Shown here: positions 1 through 9,158 of the stretch, in pieces
Position numbering within the stretch: position 1 is the first letter of the stretch
How the letters are laid out: each line of letters starts with the position of its first letter
NCBI GenBank assembly: GCA_014239365.1
Contig: JAAZZB010000006.1
Coordinates: forward strand, 75,189-139,188
Direction of reading: 5' to 3'
DNA: 64,000 bases
From: Verrucomicrobiia bacterium
GTDB taxonomy: Bacteria > Verrucomicrobiota > Verrucomicrobiia > Limisphaerales > UBA1100
Notes under the pieces: generated by a model
The model's database searches: none
What the model was told of the DNA's origin: nothing
What the model saw: only the letters and a program-made list of their open reading frames with translations
Translations under genes and position numbers: made by a program

Positions 1-46
1 CTTTAAAAAAACCGCGCCTCACCGGTGCGAGTGAAGCGAATTATTA

Positions 47-1486
47 TTAACTCCCCCACCCTTCCGCCAAACGCACGAGGGTGCGGACGGCGATGCCGGT
101 TGCGCCTTTGCCGGAATTAGGTTGGGCTTTGTCAAACCACGCAGTGCCGGCGATGTCGAGGTGCGCCCACGGAGTGCCTTCCACGAATTGCTCCAAAAAT
201 TTTGCGGCGGTGATGGTGCCGGCTTTGCGATCGGAACCGGCATTGCGCAGGTCGCTCATATCGCCGCGCATGGGCTCGAGATAATCGGCGTCCATCGGCA
301 GCGGCCAAAAGCGTTCGCCGCATTCGCGTCCGCGCAATGCGATGCCGTCGCCGAGTGCTTTGTGATTGCCGAGCAACGCCACGCGAACGCTGCCAAGCGC
401 GACGCTCACTGCGCCGGTGAGCGTGGCGGCGTTGATGATGTGCGTTGCGCCGAGGCGATTGGCGTAAGTGAGCGCATCGGCGAGCACGAGGCGGCCTTCG
501 GCGTCGGTGTTGATGACTTCGATGGTTTTGCCATTCATCGCGGTGATAATATCGCCCGGGCGCGTGGCGGTTCCGCTGGGCATATTTTCCGCCATCGCGA
601 GCAAACAAGTGACGCGCACACGCGGCTGCAAACGGCCGATGGCGGTGATCGCGCCGATCATCGTGGCCGCGCCGCCCATATCGTACTTCATTTTTTCCAT
701 CGAATTGGCGGGCTTCAGCGACAGACCGCCGGTATCAAAAGTAATCCCTTTGCCGACCAGAAAAAGATGGTCATCATTAATTGGATCCTCGGGATTCCAA
801 CTGAGCCGAACCATCCGCGGTGGGCGCACGGAGCCTTGGCCGACGGCGAGGAGCGCGCCTGCACCGAGTTCGCGCAAGTCGTTTTCGTCGAGCACTTCCA
901 CTTCTAATCCGGCGGCTTCACCTTCGCGTGCGGCGCGCGTTGCAAATTCTTCGGGGCCCAAATCGTTGCCGGGAATTTCCACCAACTCGCGCGCGAGGTT
1001 CACGCATTCGGCGGTGATGCGTCCGGCATCGGCAATCGACTGATCGCCGGTGGTCAGCAAAATGACTTCTTCGACCGGCCACGGTTTTTGTTCTTTATAA
1101 CCGCTGGGGCGATGTTCACCAAAGCCCGCGCCTTCGGCGGCCAATCGCGCGCAAGCATCGGGCGGAAGCAGCAACGCCACCGAGCGACACTTGGCCTTGG
1201 CGGCGGCGCGCACAGCTTGGCCGGCGGCGGCAAACCAATGGCGCGCCATCGGTGCTTCGCCGAGGCCGATGAGAAACACACGCTTCACGGCAGTATCCGG
1301 CACGCGATGGATGAGCGTGCACGCGCCGGTTTTGCCGGTGAATTCGCCGGTCTCGATGAGTTCGCCGGGCAAGCCGCCGAGGCGCGCATCGAGCGCGGCA
1401 TCCACCGCGGCGCCTTTGGCCAGCGGCACGGCTAGCGCGTCGACATTGAGTTCTTCCCAGTTTCCAGAATGAAGGGTGATGTTCAT
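47..1486 (-). CDS. pepA: Leucyl aminopeptidase (M17)
   Basis: VGKGITFDTGG, MKYDMGG, NTDAEGRL and WAHLDIAG motifs; start trimmed to MNITLH at 1486. Confidence 0.95.
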   Translation of the reverse strand: MNITLHSGNWEELNVDALAVPLAKGAAVDAALDARLGGLPGELIETGEFTGKTGACTLIHRVPDTAVKRVFLIGLGEAPMARHWFAAAGQAVRAAAKAKCRSVALLLPPDACARLAAEGAGFGEHRPSGYKEQKPWPVEEVILLTTGDQSIADAGRITAECVNLARELVEIPGNDLGPEEFATRAAREGEAAGLEVEVLDENDLRELGAGALLAVGQGSVRPPRMVRLSWNPEDPINDDHLFLVGKGITFDTGGLSLKPANSMEKMKYDMGGAATMIGAITAIGRLQPRVRVTCLLAMAENMPSGTATRPGDIITAMNGKTIEVINTDAEGRLVLADALTYANRLGATHIINAATLTGAVSVALGSVRVALLGNHKALGDGIALRGRECGERFWPLPMDADYLEPMRGDMSDLRNAGSDRKAGTITAAKFLEQFVEGTPWAHLDIAGTAWFDKAQPNSGKGATGIAVRTLVRLAEGWGS

Positions 1487-1502
1487 AATTGTTTTCCTAA
1501 AA

Positions 1503-2168
1503 TTAAGTTTTATCCGGCCCCGGCTCGATTGTCGCAATGGCGTGCAACAAATCGGTGGCGGCTTGGTGATATAATTTTTTGAGCTGTTCTTTGTCTTTGG
1601 TTTCGTTTGCCTTGGCCCGAAGGTCGCGGAAGTCGAGCGGTTCGCCAAACTTTATTTCCACCCGATAAGGACGCGGAAACCAATGATGCCGGTTGAAGGC
1701 TTCGTACGAGCCGAATAATTTGACGGGAACCACGGGCGCATCGCTCTTGAGAATGATGAGGCCCACGCCGGGCTGCGGGGCTTGGATTTGGCCGGTGTGC
1801 GAGCGGGTGCCTTCGGGATACATCATCACCGCATCCCCGGCGCGCAGGCGGGTGAAGAAGGTTTTCAAGCCGCGGCCACTGCCGGATTGGTCCACGGGAA
1901 TGACGCCCCAACTGTGCAGCAACGTCCCGACCAATGGAACTTTGTAAGCACTGGCGCGCGCGAGGGCGATGACCAATCGCTGCACGGAACAGACCATATA
2001 AAATGGATCGAGATAACTGACGTGATTGGAGGCAAGAATCACGCCGCCGGTTTGCGGCACGCGATCGTTGTGCAATACGCGGCGGCGAATCCAAGTGCGC
2101 GTGAATAGCCCCGAGATGAACCGGGCCAGCCGATACGAAACACCGATGCGCGTGGGGGTTCGTGCCAT
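1503..2168 (-). CDS. PlsC-like lysophospholipid acyltransferase
   Basis: NHVSYLD (HX4D) and YPEGTRS motifs; start MARTPT 2 nt after the SDR stop. Confidence 0.9.
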   Translation of the reverse strand: MARTPTRIGVSYRLARFISGLFTRTWIRRRVLHNDRVPQTGGVILASNHVSYLDPFYMVCSVQRLVIALARASAYKVPLVGTLLHSWGVIPVDQSGSGRGLKTFFTRLRAGDAVMMYPEGTRSHTGQIQAPQPGVGLIILKSDAPVVPVKLFGSYEAFNRHHWFPRPYRVEIKFGEPLDFRDLRAKANETKDKEQLKKLYHQAATDLLHAIATIEPGPDKT

Positions 2169-2170
2169 TG

Positions 2171-2977
2171 CTATTTCCCTTGCCCGCGAAAAATGCGCAG
2201 CACTTTGCGGCGCAACAGCGCGGGCCACAGCGCTTTGAGAATGGGCGCGAGGCGCAGGCGCGGCGGGATGATAAGTTCATGCCGGCGCTCGCGCATCGCG
2301 TCGATGATTTCGCGCGCGCATTGTTCCAGCGTGATGGACTCGTGATTGTGCGAGCGTTTGCTTTCGCCCATCGCCGCGCCATCGCCGGTGCACGCGTTGG
2401 CGCGCATTTGGGTGCCTTGAATCCAATGCGGATGGACGGTCAAAATATCAACGCCGGTTTCCTCCAGCTCGTAGCGCAGCGTATCGCAAAAGCCTTCGAG
2501 CGCGTGTTTGCTGGCAACGTATCCGGAATGCGCGGGCACGGCGATTTTGCCTTGGATGCTGCCGATGGAAACGACGAGCCCGCCGGACTTCTTAAGCGCG
2601 GGCAATGCAAAGTGCAGCGTGTGCACGAGGCCAAGATAGTTCACCTCCATCAAGCGGCGAAACAAACTGAGGTCAGTCACTTCCTCGAACTTGGCCCACA
2701 TACTGAGGCCGGCGTTTGAGATGAGAAAATCAATGCCGCCAAAGCGCTCGGTGGTTTTGGCGATGAGGCGTTCGCAATCTTCGGGCTGCGTGACATCGCC
2801 GGTGACGGCCATCGCTTCGCCGCCCGCCGCTTCGCATTCGGCCACGGCTTCGGCAAGGGCCTCGGCGTTGCGGGCGAATAGCACAATGCGACAACGCCGT
2901 GCGGCGAGATCGCGCACGAGTTGGCGGCCCAAGCCGGATGAGGCGCCGGTGATGATGACAACTTTTTTGGCAAACAT
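2171..2977 (-). CDS. SDR oxidoreductase, DHRS7B/PexRAP-like (putative acyl/alkyl-DHAP reductase)
   Basis: TGASSGLG, SNAG and YVASK motifs; GSIQGK..ASKHA..F.D.LR.E and ANACTGDG resemble DHRS7B as recalled. Confidence 0.85.
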   Translation of the reverse strand: MFAKKVVIITGASSGLGRQLVRDLAARRCRIVLFARNAEALAEAVAECEAAGGEAMAVTGDVTQPEDCERLIAKTTERFGGIDFLISNAGLSMWAKFEEVTDLSLFRRLMEVNYLGLVHTLHFALPALKKSGGLVVSIGSIQGKIAVPAHSGYVASKHALEGFCDTLRYELEETGVDILTVHPHWIQGTQMRANACTGDGAAMGESKRSHNHESITLEQCAREIIDAMRERRHELIIPPRLRLAPILKALWPALLRRKVLRIFRGQGK

Positions 2978-4722
2978 TAGTCCGCCTTGTTGAACGACGC
3001 AATGGCCTCATCGGTCAAGCCCCATTCGCGGAGGGGATCGGGGCCGGGAATGATTTTGCCGGGGTTCATCACGGCTTTGGGGTCGAGGCCGTCTTTGATG
3101 GCGCGCACGGCTTTGACGCCGGTGGGCGAAAGATCGGCCTCAATCCACGGGAGATGCTCCGTGCCGATGGCGTGATGATGGCTAACGGTGCCGCCGTTTT
3201 GGAGGAAGGAATCTTCGGCGGCTTTTTTGATGTAAAGATATTGATCCATCTCGCGGCCTTCGATTTGGCGGCAGCCGAAGGTGAAGTAGAGGCTCGCGCC
3301 GGTGTGATAGTTGTGGCTGATGTGGCAGCCGACCCACGGATCCGCGCCGGTATCACGAATGGCTTGTTGGATGTTGGCGAGGGTTTTGGTGTAAAGATTG
3401 TGGAGGTTCTCCCACGTGGTGGAAGTTTCGCTGACGTCGCCCATCACGCCGCGGTCCATCAAATAATCGCGGACGTGCGGGAAATCATACTTCGCTTCCT
3501 TAAAGGAATTGCCCGGACCTTCGCCGAGGTTCACGCCGCCGTGCTTTCGGAAAACCCGATTGGATTCCCGCCGCTGCAAATGGAACGTATCGTAATCGCC
3601 TTCGTATGCGGTGGTCATCATACAGCACTTTGTAAAATCAATGCCTTTGATGTTGCGCAAATACCATTTCATTACCGCGCCGATTTTTTGTTTCAACGGC
3701 GACTCCACTTTTTTGAAGGCCGCGCTCAGGGCCGTTTTGCCCGGATCGTTAAGGCGCGTGATGATCGGCATCGCACCGTGCCGCATGCATTCGTGGATGG
3801 CGTGAATGCCACTTTCGAAATCCGGGAACAACCAACCTTCAAACAATTTATATTCCGGCAAGCGATGCACTTGCATCGTCACCTCGGTGATGACGCCGAG
3901 GATGCCTTCGCTGCCCACGCACAAACTCCGCACGTCAATTCCATTGGAAGTATTGGGAACCGTGCGCGTGACGATCGTGCCGCTGGGCGTGACCATCCGC
4001 ACCGCGATGACCATATCCTCAATCTTGCCGTACTTGTCGCTTTGCATTCCCGCCGAACGCGTGGCCACCCAACCGCCGAGCGTGGAGTGCACAAACGAAT
4101 CCGGGAAATGCCCAAGCGTAACGCCTTCCGCCTCAAGCTGTTCCTCCATATGCGGCCCATAAACGCCGGCCTCAATGCGGGCGAGTAGCGATTTTTTATC
4201 AACCGCCAACACGCGATGCATCCGGCACATATCGAGGCTCACAATGAATCGCCCATCGCGATCTTTCGGCTCAATGCAACCGGCGATGTTCGTGCCACCG
4301 CCAAACGGAATGAGCACGGCGTTGTGTTCGTGGGCGGCTTTGACGATGGCCACCACGTCATCTTCGCTCGCGGGATAGACAACGAGATCCGGCGCGAAGT
4401 CCACTTGCCCGCGCCGCAAGCGAAACAAATCGCGAAAGGCTTTTCCGGCGGCATGGATGAGGCGATCTTTTTTGTCGACGGAAAATTGGTCGCCCGAAAG
4501 CGCGTCGCGCAACGCCGCAAGAAAAGGCGCATTCTCTTTCGCCGCGGGCAGATGCACGTCATCAAACTTCACCGGCGGCGTGGGCTCGACTTGTTCCAGC
4601 CCCAACTCGCCGCTGAGGTACGGCCACAGCTTCGGCTTGTCGGCATCGCTGAAGCTCACGTCCTCGTGGCCCCAGCCCCACCATTTCATATGGCGAATTT
4701 TGGGTTCGGAAGAATTAGCCAT
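2977..4722 (-). CDS. Alkyldihydroxyacetonephosphate synthase-like FAD oxidoreductase (AGPS)
   Basis: KWWGWG, PFGGGTN, GHFPDS...STLGGWVATRSAG...YGKIED, GSEGILGVITE and the SHHHAIG triple-His motif. Confidence 0.88.
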   Translation of the reverse strand: MANSSEPKIRHMKWWGWGHEDVSFSDADKPKLWPYLSGELGLEQVEPTPPVKFDDVHLPAAKENAPFLAALRDALSGDQFSVDKKDRLIHAAGKAFRDLFRLRRGQVDFAPDLVVYPASEDDVVAIVKAAHEHNAVLIPFGGGTNIAGCIEPKDRDGRFIVSLDMCRMHRVLAVDKKSLLARIEAGVYGPHMEEQLEAEGVTLGHFPDSFVHSTLGGWVATRSAGMQSDKYGKIEDMVIAVRMVTPSGTIVTRTVPNTSNGIDVRSLCVGSEGILGVITEVTMQVHRLPEYKLFEGWLFPDFESGIHAIHECMRHGAMPIITRLNDPGKTALSAAFKKVESPLKQKIGAVMKWYLRNIKGIDFTKCCMMTTAYEGDYDTFHLQRRESNRVFRKHGGVNLGEGPGNSFKEAKYDFPHVRDYLMDRGVMGDVSETSTTWENLHNLYTKTLANIQQAIRDTGADPWVGCHISHNYHTGASLYFTFGCRQIEGREMDQYLYIKKAAEDSFLQNGGTVSHHHAIGTEHLPWIEADLSPTGVKAVRAIKDGLDPKAVMNPGKIIPGPDPLREWGLTDEAIASFNKAD

Positions 4723-5443
4723 GGAGTTCCTTCAACTTGTGAATGCGTTTTTCCATTTCGCGAGTGATGGCACTATAAATCATTCGACCGCCGCCATGTT
4801 CCTCGCGAAAGCGGTTCGGGTCAATCGCTTCCCCGATATAAACCCGCAATCGCGTGGGCTTGAAAAATTTGCCGCCCTTCGGATACGCGCGGTGCGTGCC
4901 GTTGATATAAACCGGCACGATGGGCAAACTCAATTCAGTGGCAATCATCGCCGGCCCCTTTTTCATCGGAGCCATCTCGCCGGTTTGCGAGCGCGTGCCT
5001 TCAGGATAAATAATGAGGCTGCGATGGCCGTGGGTGGTGAACTCGCGGCACGCCACCATCAGCTTCACGATGCTCTCGCGATTGGCGCCGCGATCGGCGG
5101 GAATGAGATTCATCAGGCGCGAGAGAAAGCTGTTGCGCTTTTCGTTGTCGAAAAAATAATCCTTCGCCGCCACCATTCCGTATTGTTCGAAATCCTCGCC
5201 GCCGGCGTACATCAACGCGGCGCTGTCCATATGGCTGCAGTGATTGCTGCAAAACATAAACGGCGCGGACGGCAGATTTTCGCGGCCCACCACCTTGAGT
5301 GGGCACCACACATTAAAAAGCACGCGGCAAAACAGCTCGAAAAATTTGTGCCACATCGCCGCCTTGCCGCGCGGCGATTTGCGCAGATAGCCGTACTCCG
5401 GCTCGAGTTCCGCCTCTTTCAGTAATTCCTGAAAGCTCGACAC
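4715..5443 (-). CDS. PlsC-family acyltransferase (candidate DHAP acyltransferase)
   Basis: NHCSHMD (HX4D) and IYPEGTRS motifs; GTG start at 5443 with GGAGG Shine-Dalgarno upstream; overlaps the AGPS start by 8 nt. Confidence 0.88.
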   Translation of the reverse strand: MSSFQELLKEAELEPEYGYLRKSPRGKAAMWHKFFELFCRVLFNVWCPLKVVGRENLPSAPFMFCSNHCSHMDSAALMYAGGEDFEQYGMVAAKDYFFDNEKRNSFLSRLMNLIPADRGANRESIVKLMVACREFTTHGHRSLIIYPEGTRSQTGEMAPMKKGPAMIATELSLPIVPVYINGTHRAYPKGGKFFKPTRLRVYIGEAIDPNRFREEHGGGRMIYSAITREMEKRIHKLKELHG

Positions 5444-5445
5444 GC

Positions 5446-6597
5446 TTACCTCCCGAATTTCGCGTGGGCCTCGGCGAACTCGTTGCTCACGATGGCCCCC
5501 GCCAGTGAAATTTCCAGCGCCAATGCTGACGCACAAATGATCTCCGCCAGTTTGCGCGATGAATGTTCGCCCCCGGCGCAGCCCAATAATTCCAAGTTCG
5601 CCCGTTGCGCGTGCAGCCGCGTGGCCCCGCCCACCGTGCCCACCGTCACGCTCGGCATACTCAGCGTGGCATATAAATCGTCCCCGCGTTTTTCGTACGT
5701 CGCAATGCCGATGGCGTTCTCCGCGACGCACGCGACATCCTGCCCCAACGCGAGATAAAGCGCCGCCAACGCGTTGGCGGTGTGGAGGTTCATCCCCAGC
5801 ATCCCGGCCATTTGCGAGCCGAGATGTTTATCGGTAAGCGCTTCGATGAGTTGATCGGCCGTGACGCGCAGTAATTTTTTTAGGATGCGATTGGGAATTT
5901 GGAAACTGGCGATGACGTGATGGCCGCGCCCTTTGATGAGGCTGCGATGCGCGGGGTTTTTGTCCGCATTAAAATTGCTTTCCAGCAAATATCGCAACGG
6001 CGTTTCGCCGGAAAGATTTTCGACAATGTAACGGCACGCGGCATCGGTGCTCAACGTCACCATATTTTGTCCGGCGGCCTCGGCGGTGTGATAAATGAAA
6101 TCGAGGATGACGCGGTTGTGGATGATGTGTTTATCGATCCGCAACAGTTTGCCGTGGCGCGTGGTGCTTTCGGCCGCTTTTTTGATGTCGTCATAACGAG
6201 CGTCGATGATTTTGAGAAAAGCCATCGCCTCTTCGATTTCATCAAACCGAAACACCGGCGCGCGCGAAAGTTCCTGCTTCACGTGGCGCGTCTTGATGCC
6301 GCCCGCGCGATGGGTCAGATAAAATCCGCGCGTCATCGAAAGGCTCAGCGTGCCCTCCACCGTGCACAGCGGCACATAAAAATCTCCCTGCGCGTAAGTG
6401 CCGTCGATTTTCAACGGGCCCGAAATGCTCAACGGCAGACCAACAAAGCCCACGTGATTTTCGATGAGCCCCTTGAGATTTTCCGGATCATCCAGCGCAA
6501 ACGCCGGCATCGCGTGCCCCGTCTGCTCCTCCAGCCATTGCTGGCGCGCCTCGGTATCCGCTTGGGCGTACCCGCGCGGTGGTGTCAATTTATTCAT
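5446..6597 (-). CDS. HMG-CoA reductase family protein (class I-like, catalytic domain only)
   Basis: ENHVG, CTVEG (catalytic Glu), EAAGQNMV, ADKN, LGQDVA (catalytic Asp), GTVGGAT and the C-terminal AHAK His. Confidence 0.9.
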   Translation of the reverse strand: MNKLTPPRGYAQADTEARQQWLEEQTGHAMPAFALDDPENLKGLIENHVGFVGLPLSISGPLKIDGTYAQGDFYVPLCTVEGTLSLSMTRGFYLTHRAGGIKTRHVKQELSRAPVFRFDEIEEAMAFLKIIDARYDDIKKAAESTTRHGKLLRIDKHIIHNRVILDFIYHTAEAAGQNMVTLSTDAACRYIVENLSGETPLRYLLESNFNADKNPAHRSLIKGRGHHVIASFQIPNRILKKLLRVTADQLIEALTDKHLGSQMAGMLGMNLHTANALAALYLALGQDVACVAENAIGIATYEKRGDDLYATLSMPSVTVGTVGGATRLHAQRANLELLGCAGGEHSSRKLAEIICASALALEISLAGAIVSNEFAEAHAKFGR

Positions 6598-6694
6598 AGT
6601 GTTGGCCAAAACCGCCCGAAAAAGCGGGCCCGCGGCGTTGGGTCGCTCATCGCGGATGCGGGCAATCTAGCGACAAAACCCCGTCAGTCCAGCA

Positions 6695-9007
6695 TTACTT
6701 GCCCATCTTGCCCGCATCACGCCCCAGCCACGCCGGCAACAAACCCAGCGCCGCCACCAACGCCCCCGCCAAACCCGCCGCCAACAGCAACCCAAAATGC
6801 ACCACCGGCGGAAAGGACGCGAATGCGAACACACACAAAATCCCTCCCAGGATCACCGTGGTGCAAACGATTGGCCGGCACTTCACCTCCAACGTTTCCT
6901 TCAACGCCGCATTGCCGTCCAGCCCGCGCGCGCGCGCCATCCGCCAGTGCGTGATGAAATGAATCGTGTCGTCCACCGCAATCCCAAAGGCCACCGCCGC
7001 CACCATGATGGTGATCGCGTTCAAGGGCACGCCGGCGAAGCCCTGCAGCGCCACCACCAACCCCACCGGCAGCACGTTGATGAACAGCGCAATGAGCGCC
7101 AGCGACAGCGACCGCCAAATCACCACCAACGCCAACCCCACCAACGCGCACGTGATGCCCGCCGTACTCGTTTGGCTGTCCACGATCACGCGATCCGCCT
7201 CGAGGACTTCATGGATGCCTTGCGTGGCCGAGATCCCAATCGTCGCATTCGGTCGTGCATCGGCCAGTTCCCGCACCAACGAATGAATCATCGTGATATA
7301 TTCCTCCGCCGCCATAAAGCGCGTGCGGACGTACAAATACGTTTTACGTTTTCCTTCATCAAACAGGATGTCCATCAACGGCAGCATTTCCTCGAACGCT
7401 TCCGAGCTAAGGATGCTCAACATATTCGGCTTCAACAATTTCTCGGCCATCACGCGCACCAGCGTTGACTCATCATCCACCGCCGCGTGATAGATCTGAT
7501 CCAACACCCACGGGTAAACATAAGCCACCTCCACTTCCTCGTGCGCGATGGCAATTGCCCGCGCGCGGTTCAAAAACTCCACAAACTTTTTGTCACTCAC
7601 GCCGTCCGCCCGGCCGGAATCAATCTCGATGCGCAGCACATTGATGCCGCCACATTCGCGATCGCACAGTTCCACCACTTGCCGCGTGGGACTTGCCGGC
7701 TCCAGAAATTCCGTGGCGCGAATATCCGTGCGCACCTTTGACCAACCCCAAACCATCGCGCCCACCAGCAGCAACGTGCCCACCGCAATCGCCGGACGCC
7801 ACCGGCGCACCCGGTCCAGCCACCGCCCGTAATCCAGCGGTAACGTCTTTTCTCGAACCGCCGCGGACACATTGCCCGCGTGCAGAAAACGCAATAGCAT
7901 CAACGCCGGACCGAAGGTGATGGAGAACATCAAAATCATTCCCGCGCCGCCGATGAACCCGAATTCACGAATCGACGGCACCTCGCTGGCCATCAACGAA
8001 AATAATCCCGCCGCCGTGGTCAGTCCCGCGAAGGCGCTGCTGCGGAATACTGTTTCGAACACCGCCCGCACCGCGTCCTCCGCCGACTGCCCCGCGTTGC
8101 GGGCGCGTTGATACGCCGTGCCCACGTGAATGAGCATCGCCAAATGCAGGCCCGTGAGCAGCGGAAAAAGCATCACCGTAAACACGTTTGCCTTGTCGCT
8201 AATCAGCGTGATCAATCCCGGCAACGCCGCCAAGCCCAGCACTTGTGCGAGCAACACCGCCAGCACCATCCACAACGAACACCGAAACGTCAGCAACAAC
8301 ACCCCCAACAAAACCGCCGAAGCGATGGGCAGGAACAGCCGCATATCCCTCCACAGCGTCAGCCGAATTTCCTCCTCCGCGTGCGGGGCGGACAACACTT
8401 GAAATCGCTGCCCCATTCCCGCAAACGGCGCCAGCGTGGCATTGATGGACTCCACGTATTTTTGGTTGGACTCCGAAGTGCTGACGTCCGCCTCGCACAT
8501 CAGCCACATCATCGCGCGGCGGTTGTCCGGCGTGACCAAAAAATTTTGCAGCAACGGCAGCCGATCCTTGCAATACCCGCGCGCCGTTTCCAACTCCGCC
8601 TCGCTCAAGCCCGCGATCAATGGCTGCATTTTCAACGGCGGCACCGACGTCAACGCCACCTCCGGACGAAACGGTGGATACACCAAACTCAAGGCATGAT
8701 AAACATGCGGATTGGCCATGCACGCCGTGCTGATCTCCCGCAGGCGCACGATCGATTCCGGCGCGAACACATCGTCGAACTCCACCACCACCAGCGCAAA
8801 CACGAGGTTGTCCTCCACCTGCGCCATCCGGCTGTTGACCGACTTGTACCCCTCCAAGCTGCGTTGATCGCCCGAAAGCAGCACCTCCAAATCCGCCCCC
8901 AACTTGAAATGATCCATCCGCCCAATCAGCCCCATGCAAACCAGCGCCACCAGCACGGCCCACAACCGAAACGGATCAAGATTGAATTTTCCCTTCGGAA
9001 CCTCCAC
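6695..9007 (-). CDS. MMPL/RND family transporter
   Basis: Two halves of 1 TM + soluble loop + 5 TM; GLTTAAGLFSL and GIAVDDTIHF motifs. Confidence 0.88.
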   Translation of the reverse strand: MEVPKGKFNLDPFRLWAVLVALVCMGLIGRMDHFKLGADLEVLLSGDQRSLEGYKSVNSRMAQVEDNLVFALVVVEFDDVFAPESIVRLREISTACMANPHVYHALSLVYPPFRPEVALTSVPPLKMQPLIAGLSEAELETARGYCKDRLPLLQNFLVTPDNRRAMMWLMCEADVSTSESNQKYVESINATLAPFAGMGQRFQVLSAPHAEEEIRLTLWRDMRLFLPIASAVLLGVLLLTFRCSLWMVLAVLLAQVLGLAALPGLITLISDKANVFTVMLFPLLTGLHLAMLIHVGTAYQRARNAGQSAEDAVRAVFETVFRSSAFAGLTTAAGLFSLMASEVPSIREFGFIGGAGMILMFSITFGPALMLLRFLHAGNVSAAVREKTLPLDYGRWLDRVRRWRPAIAVGTLLLVGAMVWGWSKVRTDIRATEFLEPASPTRQVVELCDRECGGINVLRIEIDSGRADGVSDKKFVEFLNRARAIAIAHEEVEVAYVYPWVLDQIYHAAVDDESTLVRVMAEKLLKPNMLSILSSEAFEEMLPLMDILFDEGKRKTYLYVRTRFMAAEEYITMIHSLVRELADARPNATIGISATQGIHEVLEADRVIVDSQTSTAGITCALVGLALVVIWRSLSLALIALFINVLPVGLVVALQGFAGVPLNAITIMVAAVAFGIAVDDTIHFITHWRMARARGLDGNAALKETLEVKCRPIVCTTVILGGILCVFAFASFPPVVHFGLLLAAGLAGALVAALGLLPAWLGRDAGKMGK

Positions 9008-9080
9008 GGCGGCTCTTCTACAACGCGCAAGCAGCCAATTCGACTATTTTTTGCCCCGCAACTCCAGCACCGCCATCGCT

Positions 9081-9150
9081 AACCACAGATTTCGCAGATT
9101 ACACAGATAACCCCAAAAAAAATCTGCGCTCATCTGCGTAATCTGCGGTT
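9081..9150. repeat. REP-like palindromic element ((CAGAT)x3 / (ATCTG)x3)
   Basis: AACCACAGAT TTCGCAGAT TACACAGAT ... ATCTGCGCTC ATCTGCGTA ATCTGCGGTT. Confidence 0.75.
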
Positions 9151-9158
9151 CAAAAAAA

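Noticed and set aside
5446-6597. Mevalonate pathway operon
   Set aside because: No HMG-CoA synthase, mevalonate kinases, decarboxylase or IDI in the window; the genes could still lie elsewhere.
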